Notes: generated by a model not told the origin, from the letters alone. Counted from the first letter of the whole stretch, positions 1 to 13,402 are shown. The stretch is 62,837 nt of DNA, filler included, from Choristocarpus tenellus KU-1152 (GCA_964200185.2; 11 parts of 11 records of this genome joined end to end with filler, not necessarily neighbours in it), one strand, 5' to 3'. Made by a program: numbers and translations.

Positions 1-26
1 CCCCCCCCTCCCAGATACTTTGGGTT
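1..26. mobile_element. MITE family A terminus
   Basis: cccctcccagatactttgggtt. Confidence 0.65.
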
Positions 27-681
27 AAATGCTTTGTGCAGTCAGAGGTTATTTGGTACAGTGATGTTGGGTATTCCTTGGTGCATTTAAAGGAAGAAAT
101 TCATGCTCTGTGTCGAGACTTGGCACCTTGTGAAGAAGGGTTTTGAGGATGTTTTAACCCTGAATATATTGCATTTAGTTGTGTGTCATCAGGTACTCTT
201 AGTGCAGAGTGAACTCGAGGTCTGAGTGGGGGTAAGGCAACTAGAGAAAAAAGAATAATCAACATATGAGATACAACTGATGCTTTTGATGTGAAGATAA
301 AAAAACAAAGAAACAAACTTGAATCAATATCTGAGACAACTCATATGTCACACACTATGATTGTATATTAGACAGACGTCGACTGTTCCATACTTACTAT
401 GCATCATAGGGTTGTAACAGCAAGTGATGATCATCCTATGGTCAGGTACCAATGATGAAAATTTGAGTAACGACCAGTACCGATATGCGAATCAACAGCC
501 AGTATGAACTGGTAATACTGTATCGTATCAATGACTCAAAAAGGTGAGTACCCTATGTTTTAACAACTATCATCCGGTCCCCCCCCACTTCCCCTTGGAT
601 TTCAACATTAGGAGGTATCTCTGCTGCTAAACTGTTGTTTGGGGTCTGCTTGGTTACATCCACATGCAATTTTATGCCCCT

Positions 682-805
682 GGCTCAAAGTATCTGAAGG
701 GGGGGGTGGCGGCTGTCCATTTGGGGGCATTTTTTTCATGTGGCGATTTTTGGGTGATTTGGTTCCACATGTCGAATGGATAATGTAAGTGCACTTTTCC
801 TGGTC
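682..805. mobile_element. MITE family A, truncated
   Basis: ggctcaaagtatctg...ggcggctgtccatttggggg matches full copies. Confidence 0.8.
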
Positions 806-919
806 CTCTCTGGAAGGATATCCACTGAAAGTCTAGAAGCGTTGCAAGGAGAGTGTTCAATCACAGAGGCCAGAAGGTCGCATCAGCGTGGGGAAATGTG
901 CCATCCAAACATAACCCTA

Positions 920-1257
920 CATGTCACAGGCGGTATGTCTTGGTGGCGGTTTCATAAACAAGACCATTATGACCTTGAAGTCCTAGATTTGATATATTTG
1001 TACTTCTGGACAATTTATTTGTTATTTAGTTATTATCGTGCCCCTAGGTGATACATCGTTACCAGTTCTTTTTTTTATGTGATGATATTGATGATACTTA
1101 TGAAGGGAATAATCCAAGTGAGAGATCCAGCATACTTGACGACTTGCACATAAGGAGTCCTGTACGTGTATCAGCGTCGTCTATAGGCTTGTGGACTGGA
1201 GCTATACATCCGGTGGAGGTAAGCTATGGAGCGTGCTGTAACATGGAGGTCCTACCT
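920..1257 (+). mobile_element. KDZ-like transposase fragment, paralogous to 9325-9645
   Basis: Nucleotide similarity (atgaccttgaagtcctagattt vs atgtccttgaagtcctaaattt; ggcttgtggactggagct vs ggcttgtggattggagct); ERSSILDDL vs ERFSIFYDI. Confidence 0.5.
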
Positions 1258-3631
1258 TGTCTTTTCTATCACTGGTAGATGTGAAATCCTAAAACCCTGG
1301 ATTTCCTGTGTCACTTATCTCTCTTGCACTATTATTGCCCTCCCCAGACCAACGGTCTTTGGCAATCTTGTCTCCTATGTCTACATGAAATTATTTTGCG
1401 GTTAGCATAGGTTAGGGTTCCGTCTGGCATTTCCAAGTGGTTATTAGGGTTATTGTGATCGATGTTAACTGGAACTCTGGCATGTGCAACATTGAGTGTT
1501 TTTCTTGGTGGTAATTGACATTTTCCACGGCAATTCCTGCTAATCTCTTCTATTTTTCATCTCTTTCATTTATTCCCTATCAGTGTACCATTGGTCAACA
1601 AAACATATTTACTGATGCGCGACTGCATCAATTTTCGAGTTGACTTACTTTTCTAGCTGCCATTCTTCTGTGCTACCTTTGCCTCTGGTGCTTTTTCTAC
1701 CCAATTCTCCATTTCTTTCACCTGTGTATATTCCAACTGTACCGGACAAACACTTTGAGACAGTCTCTCTCTTCCTACGACTTTGTCTCTCCCTATCAGC
1801 TTTGTTCGCTTATGCGGCATAGGACCCCCGACTTCGGTCTTTGGTTGACTCCTAGAACATATCTGATCCCACCTCCCGCCTTCCCTTGACTTGACGTGGG
1901 ACAGCCCAAGGACCCTAACCCTAAAAAAATGACTATTTGCTTCTTGCCGACCCTATATACTATAGTTATGGCCTACACCAAGACGTGTCGCCTCCTAAAC
2001 TTAGCCAGCAATGATAGGTGGGACAGACTGTGTCAGTGGTCCACTTCTATCATATCACGTCTGTTATCCTATGATCCCGAATTCTGTTCCTACAAGACAC
2101 AAAGTCCAATAGTCAAATCATTCCTCAGTTTGCAATTCTGACAAAAGCATTACTATTATTAGGAACCAAAAGAGTCTACGGTTACAGCTGAATCGGCGAG
2201 GGAAAACTAGATCATGGGCTGGATTTCAGATGGCCGAGTGGGTAGTGGCACTGCAAGGCGAAAGCCACAGAGTCTACGCAGGCAGATCCAAAGCCATGAA
2301 AAGTGAAATGCTTCGTGAGTTGTGGGTCGTGAACCTTGTGAAATGTTACCTGGTTCTGAGGACTCGGACATGTTCAGTAGTCACACTTCTGGTTGTTGAA
2401 TTGCAAAATTGAAAAAAAGATAGAATATCGAACTTTTTCAATTTAGTTATTTGGTTATTCCAATTAACCGAACTGAACCCCATTCAACTGTCATGATTCG
2501 CAACACTGAATACTTCGAAGTAATATAGATCATTTTTATCAAGACTGTCTCAATTCCTTCCTTTCCTAACAAATACTATTGTTGATTGGGAATTGACACA
2601 ACAAAGAGGGAAAAACGCCTCTTTCCCACATATTTGAGTTTAGGTACAGATCTGATTGTACGATCAAAGGACACCAGTTGTTCGAGATGAAGAGCCCATA
2701 GTATGCTAGAGGGTGGGAGGGGTTTAGACCAGGTCATCTATCCAGGGCTCGATGGAGTGTTATAAAACACCCAAAATTAATGGCCATTTTGTGGGTGATT
2801 TTCCTTCAGATAGATTTGTTTCAGGCAGGGGAATGGAAAAGGAAGGTGCATGCAGACAATGGAACTTGCCCCATACTTCTGACACGTTCTCTCAAATGAT
2901 ATGAAAATTACTGCAGGGCCACACAGGCCCCGACTGGACGTCTGGTTCCTCCACTAGGATACCATGAGTCAAGGGAGTCTGTTAGATGGAGTGCTCTGAT
3001 TGGAGAGATTAATCAGTATCAAGAGTATCGTGCATATAAGTCTCAGCTGATTGTATGGATGATGCATTTCTTTTTGGTGCTTTTGCTCAAGGTTTTGACT
3101 TCCTGACTCACTCGATGCTTGGTTTTGAAAGGTTGAGGCCGAGTCCATGAGGTAATAGAACAGCGACCAAAGTCTACACTTTGTTGGTGACCTCTTCTTT
3201 TGTGAGTCTTCGTCCGACATCCTTTGTCAGAGTGAGGTTCCACCATACCACTAACATCCAGTGAGTTGTCAATTCTTGTGTGCCTTCCTTGAGTTTTGGT
3301 CATTTCTGAATCATTTTTTTTTTTTCGGGTTTTCTTCTTCGAGTTGAATAGAAGGCAACTAGAAAATATGGGTAGTTCGCAACTGCAAGGAAGTGGACAG
3401 GGTGCCTTTCTACCAAGAGGGTGCATAAAAGAACAAAACACCAAAACTAAAGAGGTCCTTCGGTTTTCCTCTTATTGTACCTGGGAGGGTGATGATGGTG
3501 ATCAAACTACCTTTTAGGTACTTGTCTTAATTGTTTGTCGAGTATATGTAAGACACATATTTATTACAGGGATGTGCAGATTGCTTGAGGCCCATTGAAC
3601 GAGAAAGGCCTTAGAGAGGCAGAAAACGATA

Positions 3632-3720
3632 GTCTCAAAGTATCAGGGGTGGGGGGGCGGGTCTACACCAGGGTCTCCATTCGGGCCCTGACCAGCAAAA
3701 GTGGCCTTACATTCTCCGTC
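3632..3720. mobile_element. MITE family A, cut by contig end
   Basis: caaagtatc..gggg..gtctacaccaggg. Confidence 0.75.
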
Positions 3721-3820
3721 NNNNNNNNNNNNNNNNNNNNNNNNNNNNNNNNNNNNNNNNNNNNTTAATTAATTAANNNNNNNNNNNNNNNNNNNNNNNN
3801 NNNNNNNNNNNNNNNNNNNN
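3721..3820. other. Artificial contig spacer
   Basis: N44-TTAATTAATTAA-N44, stops in all six frames. Confidence 0.95.
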
Positions 3821-3947
3821 TCAACGGTCCCAACCTGACGATCTGTTGTGAAGGAAGCATTAAAAAAAAAAAAATCATCCTGCGTATGGGAGGCGTCTGC
3901 AGGAGGTCACGGTTCAAAGCCGCTCTCGAGGGGCAAGGGACCTCACC

Positions 3948-4330
3948 TCGCAGAAGGTGGAGTGCCATAGCTCATCCTTGGAGATGCGTTTGACTTGGGG
4001 GAAGAAGGTGAAGGCAGAGATGCATGTAGAGATTGAAACTGTTGGGTATGTCTCAGCAAGAGGTTTTGCACTGAAGACAACCGAGAAAGATGATAAGAGG
4101 GAGCTTGAGGAGGAGGAGTTGGAGGAGGAGGAGTTGGAGGAGGAGGAGGAGGAGGAGGAGGAGGCGTTTTGATAGGCCCGAGGTGGTTTAGGTTGCAGTG
4201 CTGACCCTCATGGAGGGTGCGTCTGCTGCTTGTCCCTTTGTGAGTCGTCACCACCGGTATCTGTGGCAGTGACTTGTTGACTCTCCTTGACTTTGTGATG
4301 GCTGCGGGCTAATTGAAGGTTGTTTCGAGG
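3948..4330 (-). CDS. Probable exon or decayed exon of a Pro/Ser-rich protein
   Basis: (CCT)n-encoded poly-Pro frame ending at AG|gtgagg near 3948; upstream sequence to ~5200 looks coding but has stops. Confidence 0.3.
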
Positions 4331-5223
4331 AGCGGATATATATATATATATATGTATGTATGTATTGCAAGAAAAAGCTATCACATTTTAGAGAGGGGAA
4401 GAGGAATGCAGGTCAGATAAGCACATGCACAGGGAAGAAAGACAGGTAGTTGCTCCATCCTGTAACAGCCTCATGCCTATGCACACGAGGGGATGAACGA
4501 GTTCATTCTCAAAGGATAAGTTTTTGACAAGATAAGTTTTTTCGACGGGGAACACCCGTAGCCCTGTTGCTGTCCCTGGGATTGATCCTAATCAATCCCT
4601 AAACCTGCCTAAGACTGGGGAAGCTCCATCGTCGATCCCAGGGCGGAGCAGTGAGGTTGATAGTGGTCCCTGTAACCCCTTGTCCAATTTTATGAACTCC
4701 TTCGTGTCTTTGCGTGCATGGGCTACAAGGCTACCGCAGAGTGAATCGGCCATCTGCTTGTTCCACTGTGTCCTTGCCCTTTCCTGGCGTGGCCTTCTCC
4801 CCTCCCCTCGCTAAAACAGGCATCTCACATTCTTGCCTTTTTTTCTGTCCGATCCTGAATCGGTCGATACACGTTGAAGCACGGCAACGAGGATTGCACT
4901 TCTTCCCAACCTGTGGGTACAGGGGTGTAGCCTTGAGGGCTCGGAAGAGGATATGCATCCGAAACGCCTTCGTGCGTCGTGTGCTCTCAAGGGCCTCCGC
5001 GGCATCCCTCGGAAACTACCCCTCTGACTGTCTTCCTTGGCCATTCCTATTGTGTCCGCTTCTTCTTCTCCCAGGAAAAAAAGCGGTCGCTTCCGTACTG
5101 GAAGGCGTTGACTCTTTCTCGACTTCCCCTTCCAGGCATCGACCCTCTTGGTCACTCTCTTTCCCACCTTCCGTATCTACACGATTTGTTGGACTACAAA
5201 GTCATTAAAAAACAGGTGGTAAT

Positions 5224-5257
<34 letters not shown>

Positions 5258-5720
5258 ACCACCCCCCCCCTTCCCTTCCTCACCCTTCTTCCCAAGCGGA
5301 GATTTATTTATATCTNNNNNNNNNNTTTGAAAAAAAAAATAAAAAAAAAAAGGGGGGAACCCCCCCCCCCCCCCCCCCCCATCTGCAAGATCACCTACTA
5401 CTCTGTATTTCTCAACCATGGATTTGACAAGATGATATTTGATTGGACGCTGAGGACAGTTCCCAGGCACCCATTGGAAGAATCGATTGCTTCGTACCAA
5501 GTCAATCCCCATCAGATTATCCCCGATCCAGTGTTCGACCTTCAGCAGCTACTGTGCATCAACTGTGACCTCCCCTGGATTCGAGTAATATAGCCCTGGA
5601 AATGCAGAATCACGACCATTCCAATATTCCACTTCTGGCACTCAGTTTCGAAGTGGTTGTGGAGCACAGAGTAGATTTAAAAAAAAAGTAGAACAGTTTA
5701 TTTTATTTTTTCCTCCCTTC

Positions 5721-5925
5721 TTACCCACCCGTAAGTCTGTGCCGTTGGCTCTGTAAGCTATTCGAGAGTGACCTCTTACAACGAAACGGATTTTTGTGTT
5801 GGATTCCTTAGGATATTTTGCGTTGACACAACAGCTACAAGATAAAAAAAATCGAAGAGTTCTGTAAAGAATAACCCTAACCCTAACCCTATGTTCTGAA
5901 ATGGTTCCGAAAGAATGGGACACAG
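5721..5925. mobile_element. Stowaway-like MITE (family C), degenerate ends, internal (TAACCC)3
   Basis: Shares ttctgaaatggttccgaaagaatgg.acacag with the 25630 copy. Confidence 0.6.
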
Positions 5926-6545
5926 TGTTGGGAATATCCGGTTCACTTTCTTTTTATTGCCCTGGAGCGGCGTGGAGCTGCCCACCGCTCTCACGCTAAG
6001 TGATACCCAGAGCTGTACATGGAGCAGCTGTTGCCAGCAATGGAGGAGAAATTGCTGTGGCTGGAATTGGGGGCGGGGGGGGGGGGTACAGGAGGATGGT
6101 GCGGCTCCATATCCGGGCAGAGTCATGGTATAGAAGCTGAACACTACAGTGGGGGAGGGTGGATGGGAAATAAAGCTAGTGGCGCAGTCAGTGCAGTTGC
6201 CGGATCTCAACAATGTTTTGTTTTGTTTTTGCAACTCTGAAGGGTTAGGGTTTGGGCGGAGGATTACGGCACTGTTGATGACCTTGTAGAGGGGGGTTAA
6301 GAGCATGTTCCACGCGTACGATGCAGACACACTCAAGAGGAGGGTGTGGCAGAGTCTGTTTAAGAGGTACAATCGGGTGTTGAGAAGAGCGCTGGAGGGG
6401 GGAATGATTTTGAGGTAGAGATAGGGACCAAGAAAATGCACTGGGGAGGGTGGATTGGCTAGATCAGTCTAAGTAGACCGAGTCGCTTGCAGTACGGCAC
6501 TGGATTGGTGGATTGATGTTGCCGAGTAAGGGCGAGACATACTCA

Positions 6546-6595
6546 CTTAGTGTAGAATATTCTTAGTGTAGAATATTCTTAGTGTAGAATATTCT
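6546..6595. repeat. 16-bp tandem repeat x3 (cttagtgtagaatatt)
   Basis: Three exact units at the break point of the half MITE C copy. Confidence 0.85.
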
Positions 6596-6686
6596 AAGGA
6601 ATCCAACACAAAAATTCGTTTTGTAATCGGAGGTCGCCCTGAAGAGCTACAACTTAACGGCACAGACTTATGGGACATAGGGAGTA
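6588..6686. mobile_element. Stowaway-like MITE (family C), half copy, inverted
   Basis: Ends tgggacatagggagTA; reverse complement of the 25630 start. Confidence 0.6.
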
Positions 6687-7148
6687 TAATTTAAGAAAAC
6701 AAGAACAGCCTAGAAGGGGCATCTAGTTCGTACTGATGACTCTGTTTGGTAAAATGTATGGATGTGTGTACACCCTGGAGTATCTAGCCCTCAACAAGTC
6801 CACACTTCAGGAGCGGTCAAGTTATATATATATATATATATACTCTTGTCCTGAAACCACTCAAGTATGTAGACGTGTAAAAATCTCGCAGAAGTTTGTG
6901 CTTGCTACGTGAGCTCGTTGCGTGCACAGCCTTCCTACCTGCCAGTTTTGCCGTCACTGTACTCCACAGGTAATTGTTATGTTTAATAATGTTGTTGGAT
7001 GCACTTTTTTTTTACAGTATTGTATTTTTACTTGCATTCCCTTGTTTGGGACATGGTGCTTTCACAGTAGTTCGTAACCCTAACCCTAGCATCGTCCGGT
7101 ACTAGTCGGTGGGGATCTAACTTCTGGTGGGGCGCATGTTTCTGGAGC

Positions 7149-7206
7149 ACTCAGTCTGTACCTGTGGATTGAGTTTTGACTCAGTCTGTACCTTTGGATT
7201 GAGTTC
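7149..7206. repeat. 30-bp tandem repeat x2
   Basis: actcagtctgtacct(g/t)tggattgagtt twice. Confidence 0.75.
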
Positions 7207-7239
7207 GTTCAGCTTCAAGGATCAAGTTACTCTTACCGA

Positions 7240-7283
<44 letters not shown>

Positions 7284-7356
7284 TTCTTCATCTTTTTCTC
7301 GTAATTAACAAAAACAACACAAAAACCGAGAAGAACTCACCCCCCCCCACACACCA

Positions 7357-7456
7357 NNNNNNNNNNNNNNNNNNNNNNNNNNNNNNNNNNNNNNNNNNNN
7401 TTAATTAATTAANNNNNNNNNNNNNNNNNNNNNNNNNNNNNNNNNNNNNNNNNNNN
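7357..7456. other. Artificial contig spacer
   Basis: Same 100-nt spacer. Confidence 0.95.
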
Positions 7457-7503
7457 GGGTGCCCCCTCACAACCCCCCCCCCCCCCCCAAGATACTTTGA
7501 CCC
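7457..7503. mobile_element. MITE family A terminus at contig start
   Basis: poly-C + agatactttgaccc. Confidence 0.6.
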
Positions 7504-8855
7504 GTGGCTTGATAGGAACTCAAATACGGTGGAGAGATGAGATGATGAACCCCACACTCAGTTGAGTACCTCGTCGCTGAGGATGTATTTTTTGGTAGGA
7601 GGACCCTCTACTGAAGACCCTGCTGAGGAGTCATCAGTGTAGGGGTCTATCCGAGCTTGTCTTTTCTTCTTAGGTCGTTCACATAACTTGTTATGGTGAC
7701 CTCCAGGACAGCCCTCTTGACGAGGACATTCTTGGTGTGCATACATCTTATGTGTGCCAATTTGACGTTCCAGGGTTGAGATGTCCACTCCTCCTCCGCC
7801 TGGGCGGCAGACGCCGGGCCTGGATCACCTACCCCTGGTCTGTTCTTCTTCCCCTTTCCTCTTGTCTTCTTCTTTCCTTTGCCCTGGTCGGCCGGGGGCC
7901 GTTTTTTCCGGACGCCCCTTATGGAGAAGCACATGGGTAGTGGAAAGGCAAGTCACATGGATGACATGGGTGTCTGCCTCGCGAGGCACGAACTAGACGG
8001 TAAACGTTGCAGCTGTTGCAGGTTCAGCAGGGGGGTATATACATATAACATCCATACGTTGCTTGAATCCTCACGGTCAAAATCGACTTACCCATTCCTC
8101 TGGAAATGCCTCCGTCCCGACAACATATGTCAACGTGAGCGCGTCAGTAGGCAATCTTTTGGCTACCTGTTCTGAGAAGACGTGGGCAGTCACCTCGGCA
8201 ATGTCGCGCCAGCGATGGCTTTGGGGGGTCTCCCCTCTAAGGATGGCTAAGCCGGCTCCAACGAGGACATCGGTGTACATTCTTGCGAAATACTGCTCCT
8301 TGACCTCGTCCTTGAGCTACATGTATATCAAATGTGCGGTGGTGTGTCGTTAGGAGACTGATAAAGAACGAGCTCTGAGGATGTGGAGGATTTAGGGTTG
8401 ACAGTGAATCGATCACAGAAGGACTACCAGGGGATGCGCGTAGCGCAGCAGAGCCCTATGGGCTTGGGGTTCTTTGGAAACTGATGGCCTTTACAGTTCG
8501 ACAGAACACATCTAATTCCTTCGTTACTGTCTGCCCTATGTCAAGTGTGGCATCGTCGTGTGGGGACAACATAGTTGGGAATGTTTACCCCACCTTCAAC
8601 CTGTAGGTGTGTGTGAACCCCCCGCTGTTCTTGAGGGATTCGATGGCGGTATCTGGGTTAGTGTACCACAGCACAGTGAACATGTGAACCGCTCTGAAGT
8701 TGAATTTATCCTAGTCAGGTGTGCGTTGGGTGTGTGGAGGAAAATGTGACATGATCAGGACAGAAGAATGTGGGAGTGGGAGTGGATCTGTTGGTAATGA
8801 GTATTTCATAAGGTCGATAGCATTACACATGTATAAAACGTCAATTCAAGCTCAT

Positions 8856-9960
8856 TATGCGAAGGCAGGGGTTACTACGGTGTTGTTGGGCCGTTAGTGA
8901 TGCGGTATTGGATGTACAAATGTGGGGATGGCTGCACCTCGCTTACACTTCACCCGTCGCGCTTCTTGTGCTCTCTCCACACACCGAGAAATATCTCCTC
9001 CAGTTCTTTTGTCTCTGGTGGAACATACATAGTGAGGGGAGGAAAGGGATCGGGTTGGTTGGATCACCGACGCAGAATCAATGTAGGCGATGCTCACAAT
9101 CGTTTCACGAATCGTTTCCTGTATAAGGAGCCGTGAAAATCTCACCTTCTCCCGCACATTTGTACACAAAGGAAGCGTTACTAGTGGACAGGTCAAGGGC
9201 TGACACTAGTTGATGATACTGAACTGTATCTATGAATATATGTTTCAACAATAAGGGGAGACATCTTGTTAACTTGTCCAATCGCCTGTTTTTCCCATTG
9301 AAGGAGGTATGCTTCATGCTGGTGACATGCGACAGGTGATGGTGTCAATGGCAATTTCACAAACGCCAATATGTCCTTGAAGTCCTAAATTTTATATCTT
9401 GTGCTTCTTGGCTTCATATACAGCATTATGTTGTCATTGTGAGACCATTCATTGCTCGTGCCATGGTTGTCTCAGTTCTATGTACCTCAATCAAAACACA
9501 CTGTAAAAAGCAACACGAGAGATTCAGCATATTCTATGATATTTCCATCATGGCACTGTCTGCGAGCCTCATCATTAGCCTACAGGCTTGTGGATTGGAG
9601 CTACATATCCCATCACGGTAAGCTTGTGGAGCTCTATGTAGCAGTGCCTCGATGTGCATAACTCAGATTTTTGACAGGATAGGCCATTGATTTGTCAGAA
9701 TTTGAGTTGGTATACCACAAATTTGATTTGCCCAACGTTTGAAATGGTGTGAAGGCACGCCTGCAACAGCTTGTGTCTGTCACAAGATATAGGTGAAAGT
9801 TGTTCAAGGTGTGCCATGCAGTCAGCTTAAACAATATAAGACACATACAGCGGTTAGATAGGTCAGAAGATGAATTCATACATTGGGCACTCTACCATAA
9901 GAGGTGACGGGGAGGAAACATCCAGTGCGATACAACATGGGAATAACGAAGTAATTGTTT
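8856..9960 (+). mobile_element. Decayed KDZ (Kyakuja-Dileera-Zisupton)-like transposase, longest copy
   Basis: Ordered degenerate motifs across frames: Cys-rich CGDGC (~8920), V(N)GNF (9344), FYDI (9532), KF(D)LP (9719), GDGEE (9903). Confidence 0.55.
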
Positions 9961-10329
9961 TCCTTCATTATTGGTACCGTACACAACAAATGGTGCTAAC
10001 ACGTTGAGATTTGCTTGCTAACCATTTGACTTTCCATTAACGCCTTCCCCATAGATGAGCATTTGTAAGTACTTTCTTGAGAAGCTACTTTGGCAAGTAA
10101 CATGTCTGGGGTTTTCCTGTTTGTCCTGTTTCCCTGTTGCTTCCCTATAGCCACAACCCTCAGTTTATTGTCCAGGCAACTCCCCTCGCCATGAAGCAAG
10201 GAAATTATCACGTTTCTTTGTGGGCAAGTTTACAAGCAGATATACTACCATCAATGGGCTTTGGTTCCGAAATTATTTACATGTCCTTGACCCTTTGAAG
10301 TAATAACAAAAGAGGCAAGGTTTGCTTTT

Positions 10330-10588
10330 GAGTCAAAGTATATTAGAGGGTAGAGCCGCGCCCGTTTGGGGGCAAAAATCAAATGTTGCGATTTTGATGT
10401 AATTTTGGCTACCGTATTTGTTAGGAAGTGCCAATATCCTTGTTCCGAACACACCTTTTCATACCATACACATTTTACCTACTTCGAAACATTTTGGAGC
10501 AGGGAAATGTCATAAGAAACCCATGGGAAATCAATCCCCCAAACGGACAAACAGGGCAAAACTCGTACCCTCTAAGTTAATTTCACTC
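10330..10588. mobile_element. MITE family B, full copy (259 bp)
   Basis: TIRs gagtcaaagtatattagagggta / taccctctaagttaatttcactc; TTTT on both flanks. Confidence 0.85.
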
Positions 10589-11205
10589 TTTTGCTTGGTA
10601 AGATGCTCAAGATCTTGTTACTGTTGTTAAAAGCAGTGAGTACTGTATGCTGCGTTCCAGGTAAGTATATGGTGGTGGTGCAGCTAACAAGGAAAGACAC
10701 AACAGGGGGGGGGCAAGAAGGTTGACAATAATGTGCTGTACCACTTCATACAAGCGTGGTTCTTCCATCAGACTGCTCTAGCACCGACAAGAGGACAAGA
10801 TAAAAGGTACGGGAGCCAGTGCACACAAGGGGATAGTGGAGGATGGAGAGTGGGATATTACTGTAGAGAAATATAAAGCGAAGAAGCGACTGGTGGCCTC
10901 TCATTAACAAAACTATAACCACACCATGCTCATTGCAAAAATATATTTTGTACATACCCTAGCTCCTCCACTTAATGATGGATGCAAGTACACACAAGAG
11001 TGTAAAGTGGGATCAAATGCTTCTTGTTCACCTTTTCATCGTTCTGATCGTTGGTACTACGACATAGAAGGTCCTGTCCATATCAGATGTTTCAAATTCT
11101 GTATCATGCTGAACATTGCTGATGATGTGTAATAGATCAACCATCCTAGATATCTATCCATTTGTAAGACACTAAATACATTAAATAGTGTGAAGCACAG
11201 AGGTA

Positions 11206-11622
11206 ATGTTACAGCATGCTCCAGAACTCACCTCTACAGGATATGCAACTCAAATCCAACTACCTTAAAACGACACTACGGGGGTCCACAGATGATGATC
11301 ACATATGGTGTCAGTTGATGCTTAGCTCAGTCGATGTCTCGCTTTTCGCTTGATCGAAAGAGGGTAAGGATCACAGAACTTAGTCGTGTGGTCAACAACG
11401 AGTCAGTCTTTTATTAACGTCATTCACCGTTTTTCTACAGCCAAAGAGTTAAATGACATCTGCAAACTGCTGTGTAATTACTTTAATCATAAATCTTTAT
11501 TCTGCAACTTCCAGGAATTGACGTCTATTCTGTAAGGTTATATATGACTTCTTACGTATGTATCCTGTTCGCGCATTTTGGCACGCAGAAAGAAATGCTC
11601 GCGATATTCGCCTGTAACAGCA
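11206..11622 (-). mobile_element. KDZ-like transposase fragment, inverted homolog of 55002-55482
   Basis: About 420 nt align with the reverse complement of 55002-55470; degenerate C.PKC, IDVN(S) and DTIC motifs. Confidence 0.55.
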
Positions 11623-12255
11623 ACAGGAGTATACATACCCACACCACATGCCATGGCTTTTGTGAGGAAGGTAAACTTGCTATATATTCCCGAGTTCTTC
11701 AACGTCTCATGCATTGTTTGATATATCCTCACTACTCTGTTTGACCTGTCTTGTGCACTATATACTCTGGAGTGAGGCCGTTGATCCATCACCTTTGCAT
11801 GCTCGAATACTCTACTCCTACATAATTTTATGCTGATTACTTTGATCTATGTCCTTAGAGCATTGTCCTCTTTCATAGGATAACGGTATGGCAGTGCAGA
11901 AAAAGGCATCGCCAGACAAGTTCAGACAGGATTGAGGGGAGGAGAGAGATAATATGTGGGAACGGGGGACGGAGGAACTGGGTTGAGCAAAGAAGAAGAA
12001 ATAGGAGTGTTGACTACTTTTATGGTACGAAAGGAGTTTATTTGAAGTTCTAGCTAACGTTGATTCCGTTGGATCGAATCTCGCCATGGATACATATATG
12101 TCAAAAGGCAACACAGACATCAGGATACACAACATCACTTTAGTAACTGTCCCAGCGAAGTCAGTCACTTATTAGAGGGATAGTAATCCTCGAAACCTCA
12201 TTAATTCCCACTAGGTTTAGGTTTTATTTAAAGTTTGGTAAACCTCTAGAATAAT

Positions 12256-12583
12256 ACCAGTCTTAATTTTTTTTGAAAAGGTTGCTCAACGAGTTAAACG
12301 GCGATCAGCATATCGAATGAAAGATCTTGATCTAAGTTATTATTGATGATAGAAATGAATTCTTTCGGAAAATGATTTTGGTAAGGTTAAACTTTAACCA
12401 AATGTTTTCGGCACAACCTTGATAATGCTCTGGAAAGAATTATCACGCCCAAAACGATTTTTCCGAAAGAGTTCCTTTGCATAAATCGATAGCCTACATA
12501 CATCCAGAGCCCTCATTTATTTGGTATTATGCTGATCGTCGATTAACTCGTTGGGCAACCTTTGAAAAATATTCAAGATTGGT
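12256..12583. mobile_element. Foldback element with ~125-bp imperfect inverted arms
   Basis: aaaggttgctcaacgagttaaacggcgatcagcata pairs with tatgctgatcgtcgattaactcgttgggcaaccttt; tctttcggaaaa pairs with ttttccgaaaga. Confidence 0.75.
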
Positions 12584-13402
12584 CACCACCAAAACAGTAC
12601 GTGGGCTAACCTCGGCTTAATACTGTTTAAGCTACTCACAGGACACGCTGGATGAGCGTCGTCGAGGACACTGGTTGATGCTTCCAAAGTACCACTGTGA
12701 ATTGAACCCGATAGAGATGGTCTGGGGGCGAAGCACTATATACGAGGCCACTGCGACTACACCTTGCCTGGAATGAGAGCCAAAATTCCTGTCAGTGTTA
12801 AGGAGGAGGGGGGGCTGTTCAGAGTAATTGTGGAGAGGTTCTTCAGGTTGAGTATTGCTTACCACCTCATATATTCCAACGAGAAAGGCATGGAGTGCAC
12901 CAAATTGGACAGGGTGTACAGGACATTTACGTCTCACAAGAGGCCTGCTGCACCTTCAGAATACCTCATTTGACTTGGCATGGATTGTCTGGTTCAGAGG
13001 CCTGGAGCCTTAGCCAGCAGGTGACAACATCGCATAAACGGGAAATAATGGCAAGAGAACGGAGAGACAACAAGGAAGGGCCGTGTTCTCCGGGTGAAGA
13101 TAACCTTATCAGGCATCCAAATCATCCATACATGCACGGTTCGCGCGCACCCCGTGACACCTCCCGTGAACTTTGCGCGCGGACAACTTGATTTAAGTAT
13201 TTCTAATGATTACTGGAAGTTGATCAACCAAACCTATCAGATAAGGTTAACCATGCTGATGCGAATTTTCATGAACAAAATTTGTTGTTGATCAAAAGTT
13301 ATGGCACAAAAAGTTGATGGAGGAGAGGGCATGTAGTTCATAATCATAAAATAGAGAGGAGTTAATGGTGTTAGCCAAGTCTGTTGAAGGGATGAGATAG
13401 AA

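Noticed and set aside
4979-5593. Poly-Pro/poly-Gly ORFs
   Set aside because: Produced by low-quality C homopolymers around an N gap.
6546-6595. Short repeat array
   Set aside because: Head-to-tail 16-mers without spacers; simple slippage.
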